A stretch of DNA of 64,000 nt from Papillibacter sp. Its GTDB lineage: Bacteria; Bacillota; Clostridia; Oscillospirales; Oscillospiraceae. A program made the position numbers and the translations under genes. The stretch spans positions 3,715-67,714 of the forward strand of contig DUPW01000044.1 of assembly GCA_012838125.1 (NCBI GenBank). Direction: 5' to 3'. The notes beneath the pieces are model-generated. The model had not been told where the DNA came from and ran no database searches. It saw only the letters and a program-made list of their open reading frames with translations. Shown here piece by piece: positions 1 to 9,047 of the stretch (positions are counted from its first letter, which is position 1; each line of letters starts with the position of its first letter).

Positions 1-1007
1 ACGTCACTTGTGAGGATGATATCCGGCATATAATGCCGCGCCATGTCGATAAGTTCGAGGTAACGGGCCTTCGTATAGTTTCGGTTCATCGCTTTTAAGA
101 TGCGGTCGCTGCCCGCCTGAAAGGGCAGATGGATATGTCGGGCGATTTTAGGGCTTTCCGCCATGACCTGAAACAGGTGCTCGGAGGCGTCCTTCGGGTG
201 GCTCGTCATAAAGCGGAGCAGGAACGAGCCGTCCAGCTCAGAAAGGCGGGAGAGAAGCTCCGGGAAATCCACGCCATAGTCTGCTCCGCGGCCGTAGGAG
301 TTTACGTTCTGGCCCAGGAGGGTAATATCTTTGTAGCCTTCTGCGATAAGCTCCCGGGCTTCTTCAATGACCTTTTCCGGGCGGCGGCTACGCTCCCGCC
401 CCCGTACGTAGGGGACGATGCAGTAGGAGCAGAAATTGTTGCAGCCCACCATGATGGACAGCCACGCTTTGATGCTGCCCTCCCGGCGGACGGGCAGTCC
501 CTCCGCGATAACGCCGGGCTCCTCCGCCGTTTCAAAGAGGCGGCCCCGCTCCGTGAGCATTTTTTCAAGCAGTTCCGGGAAACGCCAAAGGGCCTGTGGG
601 CCGAAGACGAGGTCCACATGCCGGTAGGAGCGGCGGAGGGTGTCCGTAATGTGCTCCTGCTGAACCATGCAGCCGCACACGGCGATGATTTGGCTGGGTT
701 TGGCCCGTTTTGTATGAACAAGTGCGCCGATGTTGCCGAGGACGCGGTGTTCCGCATTTTCCCGCACGGCGCAGGTGTTGATGACGATGACGTCAGCCTC
801 AGACTCCGACTGGGTAAAGCCGTAGCCCATGACCGAGAGCATGCCGCGGATTTTTTCGCTGTCGGCCTCGTTTTGCTGGCAGCCGTAGGTGTCCACAAAG
901 GCCAGAGGCTGATGCGGTATGGATTCAGAGAGGCGGCGCACCCGCTCCATGGCCGTTTTCTGGCGGGCAAGCTGCTCCTGAGAGACTTCAACAGTGGATT
1001 TTTGCAC
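1..1007 (-). CDS. miaB: tRNA-i6A37 methylthiotransferase MiaB (radical SAM); N-terminal part only, C-terminus runs off the left edge
   Basis: Not in the ORF track: GTG start (1007-1005) 5 nt after a GGAGGG RBS, and no stop in the window. My translation: VQKSTVEV..LAFVDTYGCQQNEADSE..IMVGCNNFCSYCIVPYVRGRERSR..HLPFQAGSDRILKAMNR. This gives the UPF0004 N-domain plus the CxxxCxxC radical-SAM core. Confidence 0.9.
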   Translation of the reverse strand, partial: MQKSTVEVSQEQLARQKTAMERVRRLSESIPHQPLAFVDTYGCQQNEADSEKIRGMLSVMGYGFTQSESEADVIVINTCAVRENAEHRVLGNIGALVHTKRAKPSQIIAVCGCMVQQEHITDTLRRSYRHVDLVFGPQALWRFPELLEKMLTERGRLFETAEEPGVIAEGLPVRREGSIKAWLSIMVGCNNFCSYCIVPYVRGRERSRRPEKVIEEARELIAEGYKDITLLGQNVNSYGRGADYGVDFPELLSRLSELDGSFLLRFMTSHPKDASEHLFQVMAESPKIARHIHLPFQAGSDRILKAMNRNYTKARYLELIDMARHYMPDIILTSD

Positions 1008-1167
1008 AATACCCTCCTTCAGGGGAAATGGGAGGAAATACCCTCAATTATAAGAACTATTCTAACATTTATATGTGGAATTTACAATGAAAATAATGTA
1101 TAATCAACGCAACGACAGCAAATAGCCAAAAAAAGGTGCGGCATCGAAAGAGAAAGGGAGAAAATGC

Positions 1168-2214
1168 ATGAAACACCTTGTCATCGACCGGCGGCTTGTC
1201 CGAAGCAATATCAGAGCAATTAAGGAGCGGGCCGACGGCGCCGCCATTTACGCAGACCTCAGCGCCAACGCCTTTGGCATGGGCTTTCTTGAGATGGCAA
1301 AGCTCCTGCGCAACGAGGGGATTCACACCTACGCCGTCGGCGATTCGAGGGACGCCGAAAGACTGCGCGACGCCGGATTTACAGACGAGAAAATCATGAC
1401 CCTTCGCAGCACGGCCGACCCGGAGGAGCTGGAGAAGCTTCTTGAGCTGGGCGTGATTATCTGCGTCGGCTCCTACGATGCCGCCGTCGCCATAAATGGC
1501 ATTGCCGAGGGGCGCAAAACCGTGGTGGAAGTGCAGATTAAAGTGGATACAGGCCTCGGCCGGTACGGTTTCCTCCCCGAGGAGACGGACAAAATGGCCA
1601 GCATTTTCAAATACATGCAAAACCTCGCCGTCGTCGGCATGTTCACCACATACGCCGATGCGTCGAACAAGAAGCGCACCCGGGCCCAGTACGAGCTGTT
1701 TAACGACGTGCTGGACAAGCTCACGGACATGGGCCTTGAGACGGGCATCGTCCACGCGGTGGACTCCGGCGCCCTTTTCCGCTACGATTACGGGCGAATG
1801 GACGCCGTTCGGGCCGATACGGCGCTCTCCGGCCGAATTTCCGGGAAAAACGCCCCGGGGCTTACGCCCGTGGGCCATATCGAGGCCAGCATCGAGGAGA
1901 TTGCATGGTACAAAAAGGGCCACCGCATCGGCGCCGAGCGGAGCGTGACCCTCCGGAAACCGACGAAGATTGCCGTCCTGTCCGTGGGGACGTATCACGG
2001 TGTCGGCGCGGACAGGAGCGTTATCCCGTTCTTCCCGTGGAAAAAGCGGCCCATATCCATCCGCTTCAAGGGACAGCGCCTTCGCCCCATCGGGGACATC
2101 GGGCTTTTGCACACCATCATCGACGTGACGAGCATCGACTGCGCCGTGGGTGACCGGGTGACCATCGACGTCGATCCCATATACGTCAAAGGCCTGCCCG
2201 TGACGTATATTTAA
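1168..2214 (+). CDS. alanine-racemase-fold protein (PLP-barrel N-domain plus beta C-domain) with the PLP-lysine position substituted; probable pseudo-racemase
   Basis: 348-aa ORF collinear with Alr: QIKVDTGLGRYG matches the Alr KxDTGMGRxG motif. The PLP motif reads YADLSANAFGMG where Alr has xVxKANAYGHG. Confidence 0.7.
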   Translation: MKHLVIDRRLVRSNIRAIKERADGAAIYADLSANAFGMGFLEMAKLLRNEGIHTYAVGDSRDAERLRDAGFTDEKIMTLRSTADPEELEKLLELGVIICVGSYDAAVAINGIAEGRKTVVEVQIKVDTGLGRYGFLPEETDKMASIFKYMQNLAVVGMFTTYADASNKKRTRAQYELFNDVLDKLTDMGLETGIVHAVDSGALFRYDYGRMDAVRADTALSGRISGKNAPGLTPVGHIEASIEEIAWYKKGHRIGAERSVTLRKPTKIAVLSVGTYHGVGADRSVIPFFPWKKRPISIRFKGQRLRPIGDIGLLHTIIDVTSIDCAVGDRVTIDVDPIYVKGLPVTYI

Positions 2215-2253
2215 TGATTATTTAAGCAAGTAAAGAGAGAAAGGAGTGTCGCT

Positions 2254-4269
2254 ATGGCGAAGATACGGCAGCTTGAGCCCCACGTTGCGGACCTTATCGC
2301 GGCGGGCGAAGTGGTGGAGCGGCCGGCCTCCGTTATCAAGGAGCTTGCGGAAAACGCCATCGATGCCGGCGCGACGCTCATCACCGTTGAAATCCGCGGC
2401 GGCGGGCTCACCTTCATACGTGTGACGGATAACGGCGGCGGCATCGAGCCGGCGGACGCAGAGACGGCCTTTCTGCGCCACGCCACCAGCAAATTGCGGG
2501 ACGAGCGCGGCTTGGAGGCTATTTCAACCCTCGGCTTTCGCGGTGAGGCCCTTGCGGCCATCGCGGCGGTGTCGAAAGTGCAGCTTCTCTCCCGGGTACA
2601 GGGAGCGGAGGAAGGCATACGCCTCACCCTTGAAGGCGGCGTGGTGACGGAGAAGGTGCCTGCCGGCTGCCCCGAGGGTACAACACTTATTGTGCGCGAT
2701 TTGTTTTACAATACACCGGCCCGCCTGAAGTTCATGAAAAGCGACCGGGCCGAGGCGGCGGCCATTTCCGCCCTTATGACGAGCTGCGCCCTGTCCCACC
2801 CGGAAATCTCCTTCCGCTACATACGGGACGGCAAAGAGGAGTTTCACACCCCCGGTGACGGACGGGTGGAATCCGCCATCTACACCCTCTTCGGCCGGGA
2901 CTTTGCCGCCGGTATGCTGCCGGCGTCCTCGGAGGACGAGGGGCTTACCGTCTCCGGATACGTCTGCGCGCCCCATAAAGCCCGGGGCAACCGCAGCTAC
3001 CAGTTTTTCTTCGTAAACGGCCGGGCCGTGCGCTCGAAAACCCTGCAGGCGGCGCTGGAGCAGGCCTATCGAAACAGTTTATTCACAGGCCGGTTTCCCT
3101 CCTGTGTGCTCTATCTCACCATGCGCTGGTCGGAGGTGGACGTAAACGTCCATCCCGCGAAAATCGAGGTGAAGTTTCTCAGCGAGCGGAAAGTGTTCGA
3201 CGGTGTCTATTACGCCGCCCTCTCCGCCCTCAGCATCGGCTCGCCCATCCCCAGTCCCACCCTCAACGCCCCGAAGCCGGCGCCCACGGAGAAGGCGGAT
3301 GCGCCTCTTATCAGAGCCGAAGACGCCATGACAGACGAAACCGCCGCAATTCCGACAATTTTCATCCCCACCCATCCTGAGCAAAGCCGCCCCGCGCCCA
3401 TTCGGGAGGGCAACTATAGCGGATATCGCTCCGCCCTGCCGAAGGGGAGCGGCGGCGCATCCTTCCGCGGGTACGAAAAACCTGTGGCGTGGCGCCATGA
3501 CAAGAAGCCGCTGCCGGACGCTGATGAAAAAGACAACACCCTCCGTGATTTAGATGAAGCCTTGCCCGAGGGCCTTGCGCCCCTCAGGGGAGAAGGCGTG
3601 GTGCAGATATCCTTTCCGGAGGGAGATAACAGCGCACCCTCCGGCCTTCTACCGGATGCGCCCGGGGAGACGGTGGAGACAACCGCATCGTCAGCCCAAG
3701 AGGAAAGCTCGTTTCGCTACGTCGGCGAAGCGTACGGGACATACATCATTGTGGAGCAGGGCGAGAGCCTCTGGCTCATCGACAAGCACGCCGCCCACGA
3801 GCGGATGCACTTTGACCGCCTCAAATCCCGCGACTACGAGCCCATGGCGCAGATTCTCCTCCAGCCCGTTATCTGCCGTCTCGGGCGGGAGGATACCGCC
3901 CTCCTTTTCGGCAACGGGGAGATGTTTGCCCGCCTCGGGTTTCTCATCGAACCCTTCGGGGAGGAATCTGTGGCGGTGCGCCAGATTCCCTCTGACATTT
4001 CCCAGCAGGATACGGAAGCAACCCTCGCAGAAATCCTCGACGTGCTCCGCCGCGGCGGGAAACCCGATACACAGTCGCGGCTTGACAGCATGTTCCACAC
4101 CATCGCATGCAAAGCCGCCGTAAAGGCGGGAAAAATATCAGATCCGCAAACCCTGAGCCACCTAATCGCAAACGTACTCACCGGCAAAGTGCGCTATTGC
4201 CCGCACGGCCGCCCCGTCGCCATGGAATGGACGAAATCCGCCATTGACCGCAGCTTTAAGAGAACGTAG
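2254..4269 (+). CDS. mutL: DNA mismatch repair protein MutL
   Basis: N-terminal GHKL ATPase motifs IAAGEVVERPASVIKELAENAIDAG and DNGGGI. C-terminal dimerisation/endonuclease region. 671 aa. Confidence 0.97.
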   Translation: MAKIRQLEPHVADLIAAGEVVERPASVIKELAENAIDAGATLITVEIRGGGLTFIRVTDNGGGIEPADAETAFLRHATSKLRDERGLEAISTLGFRGEALAAIAAVSKVQLLSRVQGAEEGIRLTLEGGVVTEKVPAGCPEGTTLIVRDLFYNTPARLKFMKSDRAEAAAISALMTSCALSHPEISFRYIRDGKEEFHTPGDGRVESAIYTLFGRDFAAGMLPASSEDEGLTVSGYVCAPHKARGNRSYQFFFVNGRAVRSKTLQAALEQAYRNSLFTGRFPSCVLYLTMRWSEVDVNVHPAKIEVKFLSERKVFDGVYYAALSALSIGSPIPSPTLNAPKPAPTEKADAPLIRAEDAMTDETAAIPTIFIPTHPEQSRPAPIREGNYSGYRSALPKGSGGASFRGYEKPVAWRHDKKPLPDADEKDNTLRDLDEALPEGLAPLRGEGVVQISFPEGDNSAPSGLLPDAPGETVETTASSAQEESSFRYVGEAYGTYIIVEQGESLWLIDKHAAHERMHFDRLKSRDYEPMAQILLQPVICRLGREDTALLFGNGEMFARLGFLIEPFGEESVAVRQIPSDISQQDTEATLAEILDVLRRGGKPDTQSRLDSMFHTIACKAAVKAGKISDPQTLSHLIANVLTGKVRYCPHGRPVAMEWTKSAIDRSFKRT

Positions 4270-4291
4270 ACCCAAATCAAAGGAGAAGAGT

Positions 4292-5227
4292 ATGCCACCG
4301 CAAATTGCCGTAATCACAGGGCCAACCGCCACGGGGAAAACAGCCCTCGGCATCCTTTTAGCGAAGGCTCTGAACGGCGAGGTCGTCTCTGCCGACTCCA
4401 TGCAGGTGTACCGGCACATGGACATCGGCACCGCAAAGCCCACCCCCCAGGAGATGGACGGCGTTCGGCACTGGATGCTGGACGTGGTGGAGCCGCAGGA
4501 GAGCTATTCCGTCGCCCGCTATGTGGAGGATGCCACCTCCTGCGTGGAGGACATTCTCTCCCGCGGCAAGCTCCCCATCGTCGTGGGCGGAACAGGACTG
4601 TACATCGACGCCCTCATCCGCGGCACCGCCTTTTCCCGACGGGGCGACCCGGAGGTTCGGCAGCAGCTTGCCGCCGAATACGACTCCCTGGGCGGAGAGG
4701 CGATGCTCCGGCGCCTCGGCAAAGTGGATGCCGCCGCCGCGCAGAGACTGCACCCGAACGACAAAAAACGCATCGTGCGCGCCCTCGAAATCTTCACGAC
4801 CACCGGCAAAACCATCACAGAGCACGACGAGGAGACGCAAAAGGCCCCGCCCCGTTATCGCGCCAGGAAAATTGCCCTCAGCTTCAGAGAACGGGAGGAC
4901 CTTTACGCGCGCATTAACCTTCGGGTGGAGGAGATGTTCCGCCGCGGCCTTGTGGACGAAGTCCGCCGCCTGCTTGACATGGGCGTCAGCCCCCGGCACA
5001 CCGCCATGCAGGCCATCGGATACAAGGAAATCGTGGAGGCCATCCGGCGGGGCGACGCTCCGGAGAGCGCGGCGGAGGCGATTAAGCTCTCCTCCCGCCG
5101 CTACGCCAAGCGGCAGCTTTCGTGGCTGCGGTCAGACAGCAGCGTTTCGTGGATTCTATGGGGGAATCAGCCAGACTTTGAACATGCGCTTCAAATTTCG
5201 ACAAAGTATTTGGAAGATATTGGGTAA
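4292..5227 (+). CDS. miaA: tRNA dimethylallyltransferase MiaA
   Basis: P-loop ITGPTATGKT and SADSMQVYRHMDIGTAKP. Start moved to ATG 4292 behind an AGGAG RBS; the track ORF starts upstream at 4244. Confidence 0.95.
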   Translation: MPPQIAVITGPTATGKTALGILLAKALNGEVVSADSMQVYRHMDIGTAKPTPQEMDGVRHWMLDVVEPQESYSVARYVEDATSCVEDILSRGKLPIVVGGTGLYIDALIRGTAFSRRGDPEVRQQLAAEYDSLGGEAMLRRLGKVDAAAAQRLHPNDKKRIVRALEIFTTTGKTITEHDEETQKAPPRYRARKIALSFREREDLYARINLRVEEMFRRGLVDEVRRLLDMGVSPRHTAMQAIGYKEIVEAIRRGDAPESAAEAIKLSSRRYAKRQLSWLRSDSSVSWILWGNQPDFEHALQISTKYLEDIG

Positions 5228-5246
5228 CATGAATCCGTCTAAAGAT

Positions 5247-5275
5247 TTGAAAGAGACGGTAAAATGTGCTATACT
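5247..5275 (+). promoter_or_regulatory. sigma-A type promoter upstream of hfq
   Basis: TTGAAA (5247-5252), 17-nt spacer, TGcTATACT extended -10 (TATACT at 5270-5275). Confidence 0.5.
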
Positions 5276-5358
5276 GGCGGCATTCCGGGCGATATAGGGA
5301 AAAGAATACGCTATGGCAGGCGCATTTTGCCGTCGAAAGAAAGAAAGGACGGCAAACA

Positions 5359-5604
5359 ATGGGAAAGATACAGAATTTGCAGGAGACTTTTCTCAATCAG
5401 GCGCGTTGCTCGAAACAGCAGGTACTTCTATTTCTCGTCAACGGATTTCAGCTCCGCGGCGTCGTAACGGGGTTTGACAGCTTCGTCGTGGTACTGGAGA
5501 CGGACGGCAAGCAGCAGCTCATCTACAAGCACGCGATCTCGACGATCGTGCCGTCCCGTAACATCCCTCTGAATATTCAGGAGGATGAGACGGCGAAACC
5601 GTAG
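5359..5604 (+). CDS. hfq: RNA chaperone Hfq
   Basis: Sm motif [52 protein letters not shown]. Start trimmed to MGKIQNLQ (ATG 5359). Confidence 0.9.
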   Translation: MGKIQNLQETFLNQARCSKQQVLLFLVNGFQLRGVVTGFDSFVVVLETDGKQQLIYKHAISTIVPSRNIPLNIQEDETAKP

Positions 5605-5645
5605 CCTTAGTGAAGCGGCGGGCGGCGACATGAAGGGGACAGACA

Positions 5646-6824
5646 ATGCGGCGCAGTGACTTGGCAATCAAACTCATGTCGGTGGTGCTCTTTTTGGCCA
5701 TCGCCGCTTACATCGGTCTTTACATCTACAACAAAACCGAAGGCAAAGTCATCACGGCAACCGTTCAGGCCTTTTCCTCCGAGGAAACGGGTGTGGCCGA
5801 AGGCTACATTATCCGCCGGGAGCAGACGCTCCCGAAGCGAAACGGAACGGCCACGGTGGTCGCCTCCGAGGGGGAGAAGGTTGCGCGGAATCAGACGCTC
5901 ATCGTGTTTTATCAGGGCGAGGGCGCGCTGGAAAAGGCCAGCCGAATCCGGGCGCTGCAGCTGGCGGTGGAGGAAGCGGAGGCGGCAAACAGGGCCCGCT
6001 CCACGCAGCAGGACGCCGAGCGCGCCGTCTTAGCCTTAGCCACGGCGGTGGCGCAGCGGGATTTATCCGGGCTGGACGCCATTAGCCTGAGCCTTCAGCG
6101 AAACGTGCTGGCCCAGGGCGGTATGGAGGTCACCGATACGGAACTTGCCGCCCTGAAAAGTCAGCTTTCTCAGCTCATACAGGAAAATGCCGGCGCGGAT
6201 ACCTTGTCCGCGCCGGTCAGCGGCGTTTATTCAAGTCTTTCCGACGGATACGAACACGTGGGTCCGGATGTCCTTTCGGGCCTGACACCTTCTGCCCTTT
6301 CACGCCTCTTTGCCGATACCCAGCGTATCGCCAGCGAGACCCTCGGAAAAATTGTCACGGGCATCGAGTGGTACTATGCCGCCGTGATGGACAGGCAGGA
6401 CGCTGAGCGCCTCGCCGTGGAGAAAGAGGCCACCGTTCGCTTTTCAGGCGGCATCAGCGCCGTAATACCCATGAAAGTCCACTCCGTCGGCGAGACGGAG
6501 GGGGAGAGCGCCGTGGTGGTGTTTTCCGCGAAGACGAACCTTGTGGACATTCTCACTGCGCGAAAAATGGAGGCGGAGGTCCTCTTCGGGGGGTACGAGG
6601 GACTTGCCATTCCCACGGAGGCCGTCCATCGGGACGAGGAGGAGCCGTATATTTATCTGCTCACCGCCATGCGGGCGGAAAAGGTGAAAATCGAGCCGAT
6701 AAATCAGGTTGGAGATATGACGATTGTGAAAACAGGCGCCGAGACGGGGACCGCCCTGCGCGCGGGGGCACAGGTTATCGTTTCGGCGAAGGACTTATAT
6801 CATGGCAAGGTGATGGACAGGTGA
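5646..6824 (+). CDS. membrane-anchored HlyD/membrane-fusion-like protein (N-terminal TM helix, coiled coil, beta-barrel C-terminus)
   Basis: N-terminal TM helix LMSVVLFLAIAAYIGLYIY, Ala/Gln-rich coiled-coil centre, beta-rich C-terminus. Assigned by architecture only. Confidence 0.5.
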   Translation: MRRSDLAIKLMSVVLFLAIAAYIGLYIYNKTEGKVITATVQAFSSEETGVAEGYIIRREQTLPKRNGTATVVASEGEKVARNQTLIVFYQGEGALEKASRIRALQLAVEEAEAANRARSTQQDAERAVLALATAVAQRDLSGLDAISLSLQRNVLAQGGMEVTDTELAALKSQLSQLIQENAGADTLSAPVSGVYSSLSDGYEHVGPDVLSGLTPSALSRLFADTQRIASETLGKIVTGIEWYYAAVMDRQDAERLAVEKEATVRFSGGISAVIPMKVHSVGETEGESAVVVFSAKTNLVDILTARKMEAEVLFGGYEGLAIPTEAVHRDEEEPYIYLLTAMRAEKVKIEPINQVGDMTIVKTGAETGTALRAGAQVIVSAKDLYHGKVMDR

Positions 6825-7528
6825 CGATAGCCGACAACGTCAGGGCTATAAGAGATAAAATGGCTGAGGCGGCCCTCCAAAGCGGGAGAGACCCGAAGGA
6901 AATCCGCCTCGTTGCCGCGGCGAAAATGAACGACGCCGCGGCCGTTCAGGACGCCATCGCCGCCGGCGTCGATGCGGTAGGGGAAAACCGCGTGCAGGAG
7001 CTTCTAACAAAGCACGGTCAGGGGGCCTACGTCGGGGTGCCGCTGCACTTTATCGGCCACCTCCAGACGAATAAGATTCGCCAAATCGTCGGCGTGTGCG
7101 ACCTTATCGAGTCCGTCGACAGTCTCAGGCAGATAGAAATGATTGGGAAAAGGGCTGCCGCTCTGGAAATTGTGCAGGACATTCTGGTGGAAGTGAACAT
7201 CGGGCGGGAGCCGGGGAAGGCGGGGGTTTTCGCTGAAGCTCTGGACGAGCTTTTAGGGAAGGCCGGCGAAACGCCGGGCGTTCGCGTTAAGGGGCTCATG
7301 GCAATCCCGCCGTATGTGGAAAATCCTGCCGATTCACGGCCATATTTTGACGCAATGTATCAGCTTTTTGTTGACATGACTGAAAAAAAATACGATAATA
7401 TCTCTATGCATTTTTTGTCCATGGGAATGAGCGATTCATTCGCTGAAGCGATAAAGGCCGGCGCGAACATGGTGCGCATCGGCACCGCCATATTCGGCGC
7501 ACGTCGGTATCATCGCGAAATAGGATGA
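6821..7528 (+). CDS. yggS: YggS/YlmE family PLP-homeostasis protein
   Basis: AAAKMND..GENRVQE..HFIGHLQTNK..LSMGMSDSFAEAIKAGANMVRIGTAIFG. GTG start overlaps the upstream stop (GTGA). Confidence 0.9.
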   Translation: MTIADNVRAIRDKMAEAALQSGRDPKEIRLVAAAKMNDAAAVQDAIAAGVDAVGENRVQELLTKHGQGAYVGVPLHFIGHLQTNKIRQIVGVCDLIESVDSLRQIEMIGKRAAALEIVQDILVEVNIGREPGKAGVFAEALDELLGKAGETPGVRVKGLMAIPPYVENPADSRPYFDAMYQLFVDMTEKKYDNISMHFLSMGMSDSFAEAIKAGANMVRIGTAIFGARRYHREIG

Positions 7529-7580
7529 CCGGGGCGGCGGCTTAGAGCCACTGTGCCGCTGCCGACAGGAGGTACCATCG

Positions 7581-8048
7581 ATGGGACTATTAAACGAATT
7601 AAAAAAACTCATGCGTCCATATGACGATGAAGATGATGAATTTGAAGACTTTAAACCTCGGGCGCAGGAAGAGATTCCGCTGACTCCGAGGACGCCGGCA
7701 CAGGCCCGAAGCTCCTACGGCGGATTTGAAGATCGCAGAGACAGCAACAAGGTTGTGAACATCCACGCCACGGCGCAGCTTCAGGTCGTTCTCGTCAAGC
7801 CCGAGCGGTTTGAAAACGCCGCCGAGGTGGCCGACCACCTGCGGGAGAAGCGGACGGTTGTCCTCAACCTTGAGCAGACGAATAAAGACATCGCAAGGCG
7901 ACTCATAGACTTTCTCAGCGGCGTTGCTTATGCGCAGGAAGGCAAAATTAAAAAAGTTGCCGTAAACACCTATATCATTACACCCTATAATGTCGACCTT
8001 CTCGGAGATTTAATTGACGAACTGGAAAACAACGGGCTGTATTTCTGA
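7581..8048 (+). CDS. sepF: cell division protein SepF
   Basis: Acidic N-terminus and conserved C-domain VVLVKPERFENAAEVADHLREKRTVVLNLE..ARRLIDFLSGVAYA. Confidence 0.9.
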   Translation: MGLLNELKKLMRPYDDEDDEFEDFKPRAQEEIPLTPRTPAQARSSYGGFEDRRDSNKVVNIHATAQLQVVLVKPERFENAAEVADHLREKRTVVLNLEQTNKDIARRLIDFLSGVAYAQEGKIKKVAVNTYIITPYNVDLLGDLIDELENNGLYF

Positions 8049-8167
8049 TCCCTCAAGAGTGCCGGACCGTTAAGGCGCGGCGCGCGCTGTGGGGAGGAAC
8101 CGGCGGCGTGGCCGGAATATAGGGCGCATAACCCAAATTGGGGAGCGACAAGAAAGGGTTGAACTGA

Positions 8168-8914
8168 ATGCTTACACCACAGGAAGTAGCCAGCAAAGAG
8201 TTTGTGAAAGCTGTGTTTGGCGGCTACGATATGGCGGCGGTGGACGATTTCCTTGAAACGCTTACGAACGATTACACGGCGCTGTTCAAGGAAAACGCCA
8301 TTCTCAAGAGCAAAATCAAAGTCCTTGTTGAGAAGGTGGAGGAATACCGCTCAACGGACGAAGCCATGCGCATGGCGCTTCTGACCGCTCAGCGCCTCGG
8401 GGACGAAATCACGAGCGAAGCCAAAAAGAAGAGCGAAGAGCTCCTCGCCCAGACGGAGGCGGAGGTTCGCATCCGTTTAAGCGAGATGAAGAGCAAGTTC
8501 GCCGAGGAGGAAGAGCGTCTCCGCCGGGCCAAAGAGGAGACCCGGCGTTTCGTGCAGGCATCGCAGGAGATTTTACGCCAGCACGCAGCCTTCTTAGAGC
8601 GGCTTGAAGGCGTCGGCAAGGAGCCGGAAGGGGACAAGCCTGCCGAAGAGGTGGAGGAAACTGCCCCCGAAGCACAGCAGCCGGAGCCGGAGCCGGAGGC
8701 GACACCTGAGGAGCCGGTCAGTTCCGACGACCCCTTCGGTATGCACAGCGCCCCCGAGAAGGATGACCCTTTTGACCGCATCTTCCGGGACGAGGAGACC
8801 GTCCGCCTCATTCGCAACCGCATAAACGGCGGAGAAGAGGAAGATTTAGACGCCACAAAACCGCGTTTTGATTTTGGCGATTTGAAATTTGGGAAGAATT
8901 ATTCCGGAGACTAA
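8168..8914 (+). CDS. divIVA: DivIVA domain cell-division/polar-targeting protein
   Basis: N-terminal DivIVA motif LTPQEVASKEFVKAVFGGYDMAAVDDFLE followed by a coiled coil and an acidic tail. Confidence 0.85.
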   Translation: MLTPQEVASKEFVKAVFGGYDMAAVDDFLETLTNDYTALFKENAILKSKIKVLVEKVEEYRSTDEAMRMALLTAQRLGDEITSEAKKKSEELLAQTEAEVRIRLSEMKSKFAEEEERLRRAKEETRRFVQASQEILRQHAAFLERLEGVGKEPEGDKPAEEVEETAPEAQQPEPEPEATPEEPVSSDDPFGMHSAPEKDDPFDRIFRDEETVRLIRNRINGGEEEDLDATKPRFDFGDLKFGKNYSGD

Positions 8915-9047
8915 TCCACCGACGGCTCTTTGTTCGGTGTGGGACTTTTTGTACTGAAACGGGTCGGCTGTGCAAGGCGGCCCGTTTGCCCGCATTAGAG
9001 GGCTGTTTTTCCCCGTTTTTTACTTAGATTCAAGAGGAGACAAAGTT

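Noticed and set aside
8915-9047. Possible T-box leader upstream of ileS (also checked upstream of proS, glnS and hisZ).
   Set aside because: The spacer is only 133 nt and contains just a divIVA-proximal hairpin. No specifier loop or T-box sequence (..GGUGGUACCGCG..) is visible. The other leaders are shorter than 130 nt.
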